A stretch of DNA of 64,000 nucleotides, taken from IMG/VR virus record IMGVR_UViG_3300034198_015460, positions 1 through 64,000 of that record. One strand, written 5' to 3'. The stretch's first letter is position 1, and each line of letters begins with the position of its first letter. Made by a program: the position numbers and the translations under genes. The notes beneath the pieces are model-generated. The model did no database searches, had not been told where the DNA came from, and worked only from the letters and a program-made list of their open reading frames with translations. This document shows, piece after piece, positions 36,228 to 45,386 of the stretch. The DNA comes from a virus.

Positions 36228-36680
36228 TTATTGAAATGGACCACCTTTTCTTGGTGGATCAGGTTCGTCATCAACAGTTACAGTTTGTGTTGTTGATGGT
36301 CTATTATAACTGGGTGTATACTGAGAAGAAGATGGCGAATAAGATGATCCAGAAGATTGACCATATGACATTGAAGAAGATGATCCGTATGGAGATTGAG
36401 TTGTTGTAGTAGATACTGAAATTTTCTCTTGACCTCTGGACCAAGCAGAAACACCAATAATTGCACCCATGGCAATATGATATAATCCAGCGCCCTTTAG
36501 TGTCATTGGGTCCCACTGCTGAAATTTAGTTGCATTGAATAGTGCAAAGAAAACAGCATTTAGAATGGGTGCAATTAGAAAATCAAATAAACAGATAATA
36601 AAATAAGACCAACCCATTGCTGGTCGCCAATACGATTTAAGCCAATGTTCTTCTTCTTTTTTTTCTGTATTATCTGACAT
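36228..36680 (-). CDS. Putative holin (GTA 3TM-holin-like)
   Basis: WRPAMGW.Y..IC.FDF...P and YHIAMGAIIGVSAWSRGQEK hydrophobic segments; next to the endolysin. Confidence 0.7.
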   Translation of the reverse strand: MSDNTEKKEEEHWLKSYWRPAMGWSYFIICLFDFLIAPILNAVFFALFNATKFQQWDPMTLKGAGLYHIAMGAIIGVSAWSRGQEKISVSTTTTQSPYGSSSSMSYGQSSGSSYSPSSSQYTPSYNRPSTTQTVTVDDEPDPPRKGGPFQ

Positions 36681-37302
36681 TGAATTGCTCTTGAACTTGT
36701 GGATACAATAGGTGGAAATGGTGTTTTCTATCATCAAGGCCGATGGTGCCACCATTAATTTTCTTTGTTATCATAACAATATCGTCGTGATCAGCATCTG
36801 GATTAATGTTTCTTGATTTCCAGTATTCACAGGCTACTTGAAGAGAAACAACAGGATCATATGCTGCTTCTGGATCGTTGATAAGATCAATACCAATAGC
36901 ATTTCCATAACGATTGTAATTATCTTTACCAGTTAACTGGAATATGCCTCTGCCACGATATCTCCAACCATCACCAGATTCTTCTGATCCATTTCCCATA
37001 CGATTAGAATAAACTCTATTGGCAATCATTTCTGGTTTACGAGCGTATTGTTCTGCCAATTGCATTGACGGAAAATATCTTGGAAATACTCTAGTAAGAC
37101 CTTGTGCAGAATAATTAAGATTTTCTACATTGATAGAAAACTCTCCTGATTCGTGCATGGCCTGTGCAAGAAAATGCGCGATTCTTAATGGAGTATTGAT
37201 TTCATAAATCTCAAATATTTGATTCATATTATCGACCATGCCTTGTTGAAATTCTGGCTTGGCTCTTCTTGTAATACGTCTAATAAATTCTTCTGAGAGC
37301 AT
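36670..37302 (-). CDS. GH19 chitinase-like endolysin
   Basis: AHFLAQ..HESG, ENLNYS, GDGWRYRGRG.FQLTGK.NY and TKKINGG..GL.DR. Confidence 0.93.
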   Translation of the reverse strand: MLSEEFIRRITRRAKPEFQQGMVDNMNQIFEIYEINTPLRIAHFLAQAMHESGEFSINVENLNYSAQGLTRVFPRYFPSMQLAEQYARKPEMIANRVYSNRMGNGSEESGDGWRYRGRGIFQLTGKDNYNRYGNAIGIDLINDPEAAYDPVVSLQVACEYWKSRNINPDADHDDIVMITKKINGGTIGLDDRKHHFHLLYPQVQEQFNVR

Positions 37303-37312
37303 GTGTGTTTTC

Positions 37313-37900
37313 CTAATATTGATAGTTTATATGTAGAATGACAGAATCTACATCTAAAGATGGTGGAAGAGATTTTTGATCTGAACCATCGTGGATACCT
37401 GGAATCATATCTCCGCTATAATATGGTAATCTTTTATTTATTAAATTATTTTGTATGATACCATTAGCTGGTATTTTTTCTACAATAGATATTACATTGT
37501 CTTCTACAAATTTCTGAGTTTGTCTGGAAATCCATTCATTATAAAATGTTTCTGAAGTGTATACGTAAGCTACTTTAAATTCTCTAATGATCATATCATT
37601 TATTGTATAGATTATTAAATCATCATATTCATTTTTATAACTATCATTATGAATGGGAGGAAAATGATCTATGTGGTATGCAAAATTATTGATTTCACTG
37701 ATACTAGTGACTGCTTGTAAAGAGTTGTCTATATACAGCCCATAAGCTTGTTTGTTGATTTCAGGTTTGCCGATTTCTTTTTTTATCCGCATTTTTAAAA
37801 TATTTGCAGAATTTTTAAAATTAATTTTAGTATTTTCAATGAAATTCAAATATTCTTTTGAATCAAATACATCTATATTAAGATTTTTAATTTCTATCAT
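37313..37900 (-). CDS. Hypothetical protein, possible GNAT-like fold
   Basis: AYGLYIDNSLQAV pattern; translationally linked to the oxygenase gene. Confidence 0.5.
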   Translation of the reverse strand: MIEIKNLNIDVFDSKEYLNFIENTKINFKNSANILKMRIKKEIGKPEINKQAYGLYIDNSLQAVTSISEINNFAYHIDHFPPIHNDSYKNEYDDLIIYTINDMIIREFKVAYVYTSETFYNEWISRQTQKFVEDNVISIVEKIPANGIIQNNLINKRLPYYSGDMIPGIHDGSDQKSLPPSLDVDSVILHINYQY

Positions 37901-37904
37901 ATTT

Positions 37905-38609
37905 TTATCTCCATCTAGGACCGCTAAACCAAGCCACAAGAGAATTTCTCTTTCCTGATGTTACCGGATTTACTTTATGAAGAGCAAATGATGGGAATAT
38001 TATCGCTTCACCTTTATCCATTTTAAAACTACATATAGGATAATTATCTGGTGCTGTAGAAAAATCATAAAAAAGAAATTCACCACCTTCATATTCTTCG
38101 TGTGAGCTTAACATTAATACAGTTGTTAATTTTCTAAATTTAGTCGATTCTGTTATGGAAGAATTGTCTGGAATGTCATACCCAAAATGTTCGTCCATGT
38201 GCCAGTCGATGTGATTTTTATCTTGACCGGTATATCTAAGAAGATTAAATCTAAATAAGCTATCAAGATCTAAATTAAAATATTTTTGATTTATATTCAA
38301 AGATTTCTCAATTATTTCATCAGCAAAGTATATATCATCTTTTTTATCGAATCTACTTATAGTAAAATGAATGCGGTCTATATTATTATAATTTTCACCA
38401 ATTAAAGAGCCTTTCTTTTTATCCAAAGTGGGTTCTAATGTAAACAATTTATAATTAATCTCATCAACTTTTTCTTTTGAAAGAAAATTTTCATCGTAAT
38501 AATGAGTAACTCCTTTTGTATTATATCCATTTTTAGATAATTTTTCTTGGTGTATAGGCATTACATCAGTATTTTTTTCTGATCCCAAACCATATTTTAT
38601 ATCAATCAT
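37905..38609 (-). CDS. 2OG-Fe(II) oxygenase, prolyl 4-hydroxylase-like
   Basis: WHMD (HxD), RKLT, YEGGEF and FPSF.LH.V.PVTSGKR.SLVAW. Confidence 0.9.
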   Translation of the reverse strand: MIDIKYGLGSEKNTDVMPIHQEKLSKNGYNTKGVTHYYDENFLSKEKVDEINYKLFTLEPTLDKKKGSLIGENYNNIDRIHFTISRFDKKDDIYFADEIIEKSLNINQKYFNLDLDSLFRFNLLRYTGQDKNHIDWHMDEHFGYDIPDNSSITESTKFRKLTTVLMLSSHEEYEGGEFLFYDFSTAPDNYPICSFKMDKGEAIIFPSFALHKVNPVTSGKRNSLVAWFSGPRWR

Positions 38610-38626
38610 TTCAAACCCCTTCACAT

Positions 38627-38878
38627 TTATCCTCCTATAGAGCAAACACCAACACCAACTGGCGCTGTATAACTATACAAAACAGTCGAAGCATTTGCTG
38701 AAATACTTCCAGTGCTGCTTGACATATTAAGTCTTTTAAATCTTAAATAAGAGGTATTTGCTCCGTCTGCAATTGCACCATTTCCAGAGGCTAAATTGGT
38801 AACATTAGCAATAGCTACAGTATTTTGAGATGTAGAATCATTAAAAATAATAGCTGTTGCATTAATAGAAACGGTCAT
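38627..38878 (-). CDS. Short fibre-associated protein (VSIN-TA-IF-D family)
   Basis: N-terminus MTVSINATAIIFNDSTSQN shared with two neighbours. Confidence 0.7.
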   Translation of the reverse strand: MTVSINATAIIFNDSTSQNTVAIANVTNLASGNGAIADGANTSYLRFKRLNMSSSTGSISANASTVLYSYTAPVGVGVCSIGG

Positions 38879-38888
38879 TGATTTCCCT

Positions 38889-39098
38889 TTAAATTGTAAA
38901 AGTTATAACATTAGCATTTTGAGTTATAGAACCAGTAGTCGTTTCAAATAATATTCTACATTCAGCATTAGAACCAGATTTAGAATAATAAACTGTGTTT
39001 CCAGAACCTAAATTTGTTATTGTCGTTATCCCCGCTGAATTTTGAGATGTAGAATCATTATTAAAAATGATAGCGGTTGAATTTATAGAAACAGTCAT
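38889..39098 (-). CDS. Short fibre-associated protein (VSIN-TA-IF-D family)
   Basis: N-terminus MTVSINSTAIIFNNDSTSQN. Confidence 0.7.
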   Translation of the reverse strand: MTVSINSTAIIFNNDSTSQNSAGITTITNLGSGNTVYYSKSGSNAECRILFETTTGSITQNANVITFTI

Positions 39099-39104
39099 TT
39101 TTAT

Positions 39105-40136
39105 TTATCCGATGGTTATATGAGTAGAATTACCAGAAATAGTCAAATCTCCAGAAACTGCTATACTTCTCAAAGACGGAGTATTTTCCAAAGTAAATTG
39201 TTGTATTCTTGAATCATTAATATCACTTAAATACATTTTATGACCATTAGAAGAATATGCTATTCCAGAAACATTTCCTAGACCAGCAGTTCTTCCTGCA
39301 CTAGTGGAAATGCTTATATTTGCCACTAATGTAGCCGTATTAACTTGCCATGGGGTTGATAAATTATATTCATATATAATATCACTTGTATAGTCACCAA
39401 TATACATTTTTGAACCAGTATTATTAAATTCTAATGCATTTGGTGATGTATTAGAAACAGAAACGTTTCCAACCAAAGTCGCTGTCGATAAAGTCCAGGC
39501 AGAAGACAAGTCGTATTCATGTACTTTATCTAAAGTTAAACCAAGTACATACATCTTGGTACCATCTGATTTAAATTTCAAACTTGTTGGATTGGTTTCG
39601 CCTGGAGTAACACCAATTACTAAATTACTTGTCATTGAGACAGTTGCTGTATTTACTTCCCATGCACTAGAAACAGCATATTGAACTATTTTTGAACTTG
39701 ATCCTGCTTGATTTGTTAAAAATAATTTACTTCCATCAGAACTAAAATCCATTCCATATGAATTTGTCATTGCTCCCAAACTAGAACCAGTAAAATCCGC
39801 TATACCTGAAGTATATACTTGAGTTGCAGTATCTATTTGCCAAGCAGTTGACAAATTAAATTGTAACACTTGATCTGGACTGGAATCAAGTATATACATT
39901 TTTGTACCATCTGTTTTAAATCTTATTTCTTCTAAAGTTGTTCCATTACCACTTTTTTGTGTTTGTAGATATATTGTATTGGTTTGATATGCTACACCGT
40001 CTCCCGGAATAGAAATAATAGATACACCAGCAGTGCATGCAGTATTAGAATCAGCTAAGAAACGTTGTGTTACCGCAGTATTTTGATAAGTTCCATCACT
40101 AAAAATTAACGCAGTAGAATTAATGGATACTGCCAT
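39105..40136 (-). CDS. Beta-propeller virion protein with the same N-terminal module
   Basis: Repeated F..DG.KMY / Y.LS.(A/P)W...TAT blades. Confidence 0.75.
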   Translation of the reverse strand: MAVSINSTALIFSDGTYQNTAVTQRFLADSNTACTAGVSIISIPGDGVAYQTNTIYLQTQKSGNGTTLEEIRFKTDGTKMYILDSSPDQVLQFNLSTAWQIDTATQVYTSGIADFTGSSLGAMTNSYGMDFSSDGSKLFLTNQAGSSSKIVQYAVSSAWEVNTATVSMTSNLVIGVTPGETNPTSLKFKSDGTKMYVLGLTLDKVHEYDLSSAWTLSTATLVGNVSVSNTSPNALEFNNTGSKMYIGDYTSDIIYEYNLSTPWQVNTATLVANISISTSAGRTAGLGNVSGIAYSSNGHKMYLSDINDSRIQQFTLENTPSLRSIAVSGDLTISGNSTHITIG

Positions 40137-40926
40137 TCTTTATTTCCTCAATTTCTTTTCTTAATTCTTTAATGGATTCGACTAATAATCCAACAATATT
40201 TCCATAAGCAACAAATTTCATACCATTTTCATTTATACTGACCGCTTCTGGTAATACTTTTTCTACTTCTTGAGCTATCAATCCTGTACTGATAACATCA
40301 GTATTGATGAATTTAAATGTTATACCATTTATAGCATTTATTTTTTCTAATGGATTTTCAATGATTTTTATGTCAGACTTTAATCTTTCATCTGAAGATG
40401 AAGAAATAACACCAAGAGAAGTCACATTTCCGTTAAAATAACCAGTACCATTGACTGACAATTTATCGGCAGGCGCATTATTAGAAATACCAAAATTACC
40501 ATTAGATACAAAATATGCTGCTGTGCCAATGGTTGCTGTGTTTGTTTGTAGAGTTAAAGCATATGCGTTCACAAGAGAAGAATTTGCAGTGAACAGAGTT
40601 CCTGTTGAAACCGTTGTCGCATTAACAGTGCCAGTTGTATAAACGCCAGAAGTATTGGCTATTACTGATGTCCCAACAGTATGCGAAGCGGCGTTGATAG
40701 TTCCAGTATGATATGCTCCAGTTGTATTAGCTATGAATGATGTGCTAATATTATAAGCAACTGCATTAACAACACTAGAATTGGCGGTAAAAGAAGTACC
40801 AACAGTATGTGATGCAGCATTAATCACTCCTGTTGTGTTCGCTATATACAACCCAGAACTGTTGGCTACTATATTAGAAGAAGCTACTTGAAGTCCGTTT
40901 TTGACTAAAAAATCTCTATCTGCCAT
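40120..40926 (-). CDS. Tail fibre with C-terminal intramolecular chaperone (peptidase S74)
   Basis: SSDERLKSDI..I.N.L, GLIAQEVEKVLPEAV and coiled-coil tail; INAASHTVGTS repeats; late promoter at 40962-40969. Confidence 0.88.
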   Translation of the reverse strand: MADRDFLVKNGLQVASSNIVANSSGLYIANTTGVINAASHTVGTSFTANSSVVNAVAYNISTSFIANTTGAYHTGTINAASHTVGTSVIANTSGVYTTGTVNATTVSTGTLFTANSSLVNAYALTLQTNTATIGTAAYFVSNGNFGISNNAPADKLSVNGTGYFNGNVTSLGVISSSSDERLKSDIKIIENPLEKINAINGITFKFINTDVISTGLIAQEVEKVLPEAVSINENGMKFVAYGNIVGLLVESIKELRKEIEEIKNGSIH

Positions 40927-40975
40927 CTGGTTCCCTTTCCCACAGAGGTTTTATTTTATTTTATTTATATAATTC

Positions 40976-41869
40976 TTACCACCAAGAAACTATAATAACT
41001 CCTGGACCACCATCACCACCCCTACCACCTCCTAATGAACCTCCAGCACCTCCGCCACCACCCCCAGAACCAAAAGCACCAGCGCCGCCAGCACCCCCAA
41101 CAAATATTGTGCTTGCACCCGCACCACCTCCGCCTGAACCTCCACAAGACATGAATGGTTTTGTGAACATTACACCAGCATTACCATTTGTTTGAGAAGC
41201 ACCACCAGGAATAGTAGGTATAAATCCTGCACCTGTTATAGCACCACCAGCACCTGTGCTAGCACCACCTGTTCCACCTGCGCCACCTGATACTATAATA
41301 TTAGCTATAGCACCCCAAGTAACCGCTGAAGGGCTAACGGCTGAGCTTTCATTCTGCGCACCTCCAGCGGTACCTACTTGACCAATAGAAGTAGTGTATA
41401 GACCATAGTTATTCCATCTATCAGAAGTAGAGGCTGAACCAGCAGTGCCAGCAGCACCTAATGCAATAGAACTTCCACCACCTCCTGCACCACCACCACT
41501 TGCACTTAAAACATAATCTCCTGTTGGACCTATGAGAGCAACATAGCTTACAGTTCCTGCTGTTCCGCCAGTAGAAGCAGCACCACCCGGACCTCCAGGT
41601 CCTGGTGAGACGTAAAGGGTATCTGGAATATAACTAGCAGGTAACATAAGAGTCGTTATTGCACCAGAACCTCCGCCACCACCGCCGCCTCTAGCAGTAG
41701 TAGATGAGTTAGTATGACCACCTCCACCTCCACCACCACCTCCAACAAGATAGAAATTGAAGTAACTTACACCTCTTGGTTTTATGAAAGTATAGACGTT
41801 TGTTGCTTCAGCAAAATAGATCGCATAGTTACCATCCATTGATCTCGGTAGATGTGAAAAATCACTCAT
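40976..41869 (-). CDS. Glycine-rich adhesin-like protein, paralogue 1
   Basis: MSDFSH, KPRG, poly-Gly tracts, IPD.LYV and C-terminal GVIIVSWW. Confidence 0.8.
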   Translation of the reverse strand: MSDFSHLPRSMDGNYAIYFAEATNVYTFIKPRGVSYFNFYLVGGGGGGGGGHTNSSTTARGGGGGGGSGAITTLMLPASYIPDTLYVSPGPGGPGGAASTGGTAGTVSYVALIGPTGDYVLSASGGGAGGGGSSIALGAAGTAGSASTSDRWNNYGLYTTSIGQVGTAGGAQNESSAVSPSAVTWGAIANIIVSGGAGGTGGASTGAGGAITGAGFIPTIPGGASQTNGNAGVMFTKPFMSCGGSGGGGAGASTIFVGGAGGAGAFGSGGGGGGAGGSLGGGRGGDGGPGVIIVSWW

Positions 41870-41870
41870 G

Positions 41871-42779
41871 TTAAAACCCCCAGATCATTACTAAACCAGA
41901 ACCACCTCGTCCTCCTAAAGAAGAATTTCCAGAGTTGTTGATATAAGTACCGCCACCGCCGCCGCCAGAACCAATACCCGCATCACCTCCAGTTCCGCCA
42001 TTACCAGTAGCGGCTCTACAACCTCCACCACCGGAACCTCCACAAGACATAAAAGGCTGCATATAAGTAAGCCCAGATTGACCATTAGTTGCAGTTGAAC
42101 TTGTGCTTCCAGCACCCCCACTGATTGTCGGCATAAAACCAGCACCAGTTATAGAACCTCCTGTACGCGCTGTTGGCGTTGTAGTACTACCACCACCGCT
42201 AGCACCACCGGATAAAATTATAGAACCCCATGTAATACCCGCAGATGGCTCTGATGTAGTTCCTGTAGCGCCCGCTTGCCCCGCAAATAAAGAATAACTT
42301 CCATAAGACCCAAGAATCATATTTGTAGCAGTTGCAGCAGCTCCCGCCGAACCACCGGCTGCGCTTCCGGCGCCACCGCCACTTGCATAACATATTACAT
42401 ACGCGGCAGTAGTATTTGGTTGTACAGAAATATAAGACGCGCCTCCGCTACCACCGGATGTACCATGCGATCCATCGATCGTGCCAGTGTTAATTCCTGC
42501 TGATCCTCCAGCGCCTGAATTGACATATAGAATATCAGGAATTAGACTAGCATGGATTAACATAGTAGTAATTCCTCCTGAACCACCGCCTCCACCGCCA
42601 AAACCATTACTAGCTGAAGCTACTGAGCGTCCAGCACCGCCGCCTCCACCGCCACCTATACATACAATATAGATGCTTGTTATTCCTCTAGGCTTATTCC
42701 AGACTTGCCATTGAGAAATACTATAATATACTGAAAAGTTTGATCTGAGATTTTGTGAAATATGTGAGAAGTCTAACAT
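41871..42779 (-). CDS. Glycine-rich adhesin-like protein, paralogue 2
   Basis: MLDFSH, WQVWNKPRG and poly-Gly tracts. Confidence 0.8.
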   Translation of the reverse strand: MLDFSHISQNLRSNFSVYYSISQWQVWNKPRGITSIYIVCIGGGGGGGAGRSVASASNGFGGGGGGSGGITTMLIHASLIPDILYVNSGAGGSAGINTGTIDGSHGTSGGSGGASYISVQPNTTAAYVICYASGGGAGSAAGGSAGAAATATNMILGSYGSYSLFAGQAGATGTTSEPSAGITWGSIILSGGASGGGSTTTPTARTGGSITGAGFMPTISGGAGSTSSTATNGQSGLTYMQPFMSCGGSGGGGCRAATGNGGTGGDAGIGSGGGGGGTYINNSGNSSLGGRGGSGLVMIWGF

Positions 42780-42783
42780 GTTA

Positions 42784-43704
42784 CTACCATGATGTTATTA
42801 TTACCAAGCCAGGACCGCCGTTACCGCCAGCACCACCGCCACTTGTACCTCCAGCACCGCCACCACCGCCGCCGCATCCATATGTTGCATTACCACCTCT
42901 AGCACCTGCTGTTGTCGTTGAGTTAGATGAACCCCCACCTGACCCTCCAAGAAAAACTAAAGGGACTAAAAAACCAGATCCGGCTACTCCAGCACCCGGA
43001 GAAGCGCCACCAGAACCACCAGAAATTATGGTACTTTGAAAAACTGAAGGTAGTGGTGCACCACCAGTTCCCAAGTTACCTCCCGCAACACCAGAACCGC
43101 CTCCACCACCAGCACCGCCAATAGTTATGTCACCTCCCATGGTTGTGGAACCCGCAGCAGTACCGCTTACAGCACCACCAGCTCCACCAGTATTTCCCGC
43201 AACAGCGGTAAATATTGCAAAATTTGAAAAAGTAGCAGAAGTTGAAACCATAGCAACAGCAGCAGCACCACCAGCAGCATTGAGGGTAGTTGGACCTGCT
43301 GCACCCCCACCACCACCATTAGCATAAGCAAGTAAATATGCTGCTGTGGTGCTTGGATATAAACTTACATAACTAGCCCCGCCGTCAGAACCATTAACTC
43401 CTGAGCCAGTTGAACCAGCACCTCCTCGACCAACTTGAATGTATAATAAATCAGGTAATAAAAAAGCAGGCACTAATAATCTTGTTGTTGTTCCTTGCGC
43501 ACCACCCCCGCCACCACCTCTAGAACCGGTAACTGAATTAGATCGACCGCCACCGCCGCCACCGCCGCCACTAAGACAGAAGATATTGATCATAGAACAG
43601 TTGCGAGGTTTATTCCAAACTTGCCATTCTGTAGCTGCGTTCAATGCATAGAAGTAGTCTATCTTTGCTGTCTGAGAATCAGAAACGTGAGAAAAATCAA
43701 GCAT
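42784..43704 (-). CDS. Glycine-rich adhesin-like protein, paralogue 3
   Basis: MLDFSH, WQVWNKPRN and poly-Gly tracts. Confidence 0.8.
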   Translation of the reverse strand: MLDFSHVSDSQTAKIDYFYALNAATEWQVWNKPRNCSMINIFCLSGGGGGGGGRSNSVTGSRGGGGGGAQGTTTRLLVPAFLLPDLLYIQVGRGGAGSTGSGVNGSDGGASYVSLYPSTTAAYLLAYANGGGGGAAGPTTLNAAGGAAAVAMVSTSATFSNFAIFTAVAGNTGGAGGAVSGTAAGSTTMGGDITIGGAGGGGGSGVAGGNLGTGGAPLPSVFQSTIISGGSGGASPGAGVAGSGFLVPLVFLGGSGGGSSNSTTTAGARGGNATYGCGGGGGGAGGTSGGGAGGNGGPGLVIITSW

Positions 43705-43875
43705 TTATTGTTCTATTGTTGTTTTGTAAGACATCCCAGTATTAGTGACATCTTCTCCATCATCCTTTACTATTCTGACCACCGTAAAATTTGTCTGTTC
43801 AACTTCCATCCAGCCTAAACCTTCATGACCACTTAGGAACTCAATTCTATATCTTATTACGTTGGATTCGCTCAT
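43705..43875 (-). CDS. Small hypothetical protein
   Basis: 56-aa ORF abutting both neighbours. Confidence 0.6.
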   Translation of the reverse strand: MSESNVIRYRIEFLSGHEGLGWMEVEQTNFTVVRIVKDDGEDVTNTGMSYKTTIEQ

Positions 43876-43876
43876 A

Positions 43877-44323
43877 TTAATAGTTACCTGCAATTACAAT
43901 TGCCGCCCAGTATGTGTTCGTTGCTGGGGCTGAGTGGTTTGTCACCAATATAGCATAACTTGGAGGAAGTGCAACGTTCATCGGAACGTCGATAGGATAT
44001 GTAGCAACTGTTGCATTAGCAGCAGAAACTGAAGGTAAAGCAACTTCTTGAAATAAAGTACATGTAGTATTATTAGCTGTAGTGTTAGATGAACTTATAT
44101 AAATTCTTCCAACCGTAGCTGTAGTTGAAAGAGCAGCAGAGTTGGCTACGGGCGACCATCTAACACGCTGTACAAAACTTCCATTTGTTGCATCAGCAGT
44201 AAAAGCAAGAAACGTATCAGTACCTACTGTTCCTGTTCCATCACTTCTTGTTAAACCTGCTGTAACACGTGTTTGACCATAAGCCCCTACTCTACTATAA
44301 ATTGGTATTTGATTACCAGCCAT
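43877..44323 (-). CDS. Putative virion protein (jelly-roll-like)
   Basis: 148 aa, beta-rich, AGGAG RBS, within the fibre block. Confidence 0.65.
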   Translation of the reverse strand: MAGNQIPIYSRVGAYGQTRVTAGLTRSDGTGTVGTDTFLAFTADATNGSFVQRVRWSPVANSAALSTTATVGRIYISSSNTTANNTTCTLFQEVALPSVSAANATVATYPIDVPMNVALPPSYAILVTNHSAPATNTYWAAIVIAGNY

Positions 44324-44339
44324 CTAGTTTATCTCCTGT

Positions 44340-45101
44340 TTAAGCCATTGCTAAATTGTTATAAAGAGCCACTATTTGACCCATAGTGTTTAAAATTGAA
44401 CCATCATTAAAAATTATACCAGATGCAATTATATCTGTATTAACTGTGCTATTTCCAATAGAAATTGTGTTTGAAATAGTTAAAATTGCTGTAGTTTTAT
44501 CAAAAGTTAAATTGGCATCACCGCCAAAAGAACCAGAGTTATTAAATTGTATTTGTGTATTTGAACCTCCAGGAGTCCCAGACCCACCACCTGATACTGT
44601 TGACCAATAAGCTGAACTACCATTAGTTGTTAATACTTGACCGGCAGTACCTGTGCTACCATTCGCTGATACTGCAACACCACCAAGAGTAATGTTACCG
44701 TTAAATGTGGTCGGAACAGAAAGACTAAAAGCACTTGTAATACTATTAGCAAAAATTGACCATATAGCCCTTTGCCCGTATGCCGTGTTTGTGCTATAGA
44801 AAACAAAGTTATCGTCAGTTTGTTGACGCATCGCAACAAAAGCTGATGTATTTACTGTTTGAAAATATATATTTTTATCATTATTAAGTGTTAAAGAATT
44901 TGTGATACGCTGACTGGTTATATTAGCACCAACTGTAATTAAATTTGTTCCATCTGATGTATAGAGAATACCATCAGACATATTAAGAGCAAATTCGCCA
45001 GCAGCGATATATTGTGAATTTGTCGCATAAGATGCAGTTGTATTAGGAGTTCTTCCTGAAACAGAAGTTCTCCTTACTTGAAACTTTGTATTAGCAGCCA
45101 T
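44340..45101 (-). CDS. Tail fibre protein with Mtd_N-like N-terminus
   Basis: FQVRRTSVSGRTP..GEFALN..DG.LY, GTAGQVL..NG and PGGSNTQIQFN..G.FGG. Confidence 0.75.
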   Translation of the reverse strand: MAANTKFQVRRTSVSGRTPNTTASYATNSQYIAAGEFALNMSDGILYTSDGTNLITVGANITSQRITNSLTLNNDKNIYFQTVNTSAFVAMRQQTDDNFVFYSTNTAYGQRAIWSIFANSITSAFSLSVPTTFNGNITLGGVAVSANGSTGTAGQVLTTNGSSAYWSTVSGGGSGTPGGSNTQIQFNNSGSFGGDANLTFDKTTAILTISNTISIGNSTVNTDIIASGIIFNDGSILNTMGQIVALYNNLAMA

Positions 45102-45131
45102 GTGGCTTCCTCTTTAATGGCATGTGCCGAG

Positions 45132-45356
45132 TTATTGTTCAAAACCGTCTGTATCAGAAGTATTTACTTCTTTTTTATTTATTCTCTTTTCTTTTTTCTC
45201 TAATTGTTTTTCTAATTCAACAATTCTTTGATTTAAAGAAATATTTGTAGCTTCAGAAAACTTCAATTGTGCTTTCATAAAAACATTATTTTTCATCAAT
45301 TCTTCAATTTCTTTAAATAAAGTTTCAATATAAACATTGACAAACTCAGGTGACAT
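45132..45356 (-). CDS. Small coiled-coil protein (fibre chaperone-like)
   Basis: 74 aa, heptad-rich, between fibre genes. Confidence 0.65.
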   Translation of the reverse strand: MSPEFVNVYIETLFKEIEELMKNNVFMKAQLKFSEATNISLNQRIVELEKQLEKKEKRINKKEVNTSDTDGFEQ

Positions 45357-45386
45357 GGGTATATTCCATTATTAAATTAATTATTT

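Noticed and set aside
40976-43704. Horizontally acquired high-GC island
   Set aside because: The raised GC is explained by Gly/Ala codons. Third positions remain A/T-rich and gene junctions match the rest of the genome.
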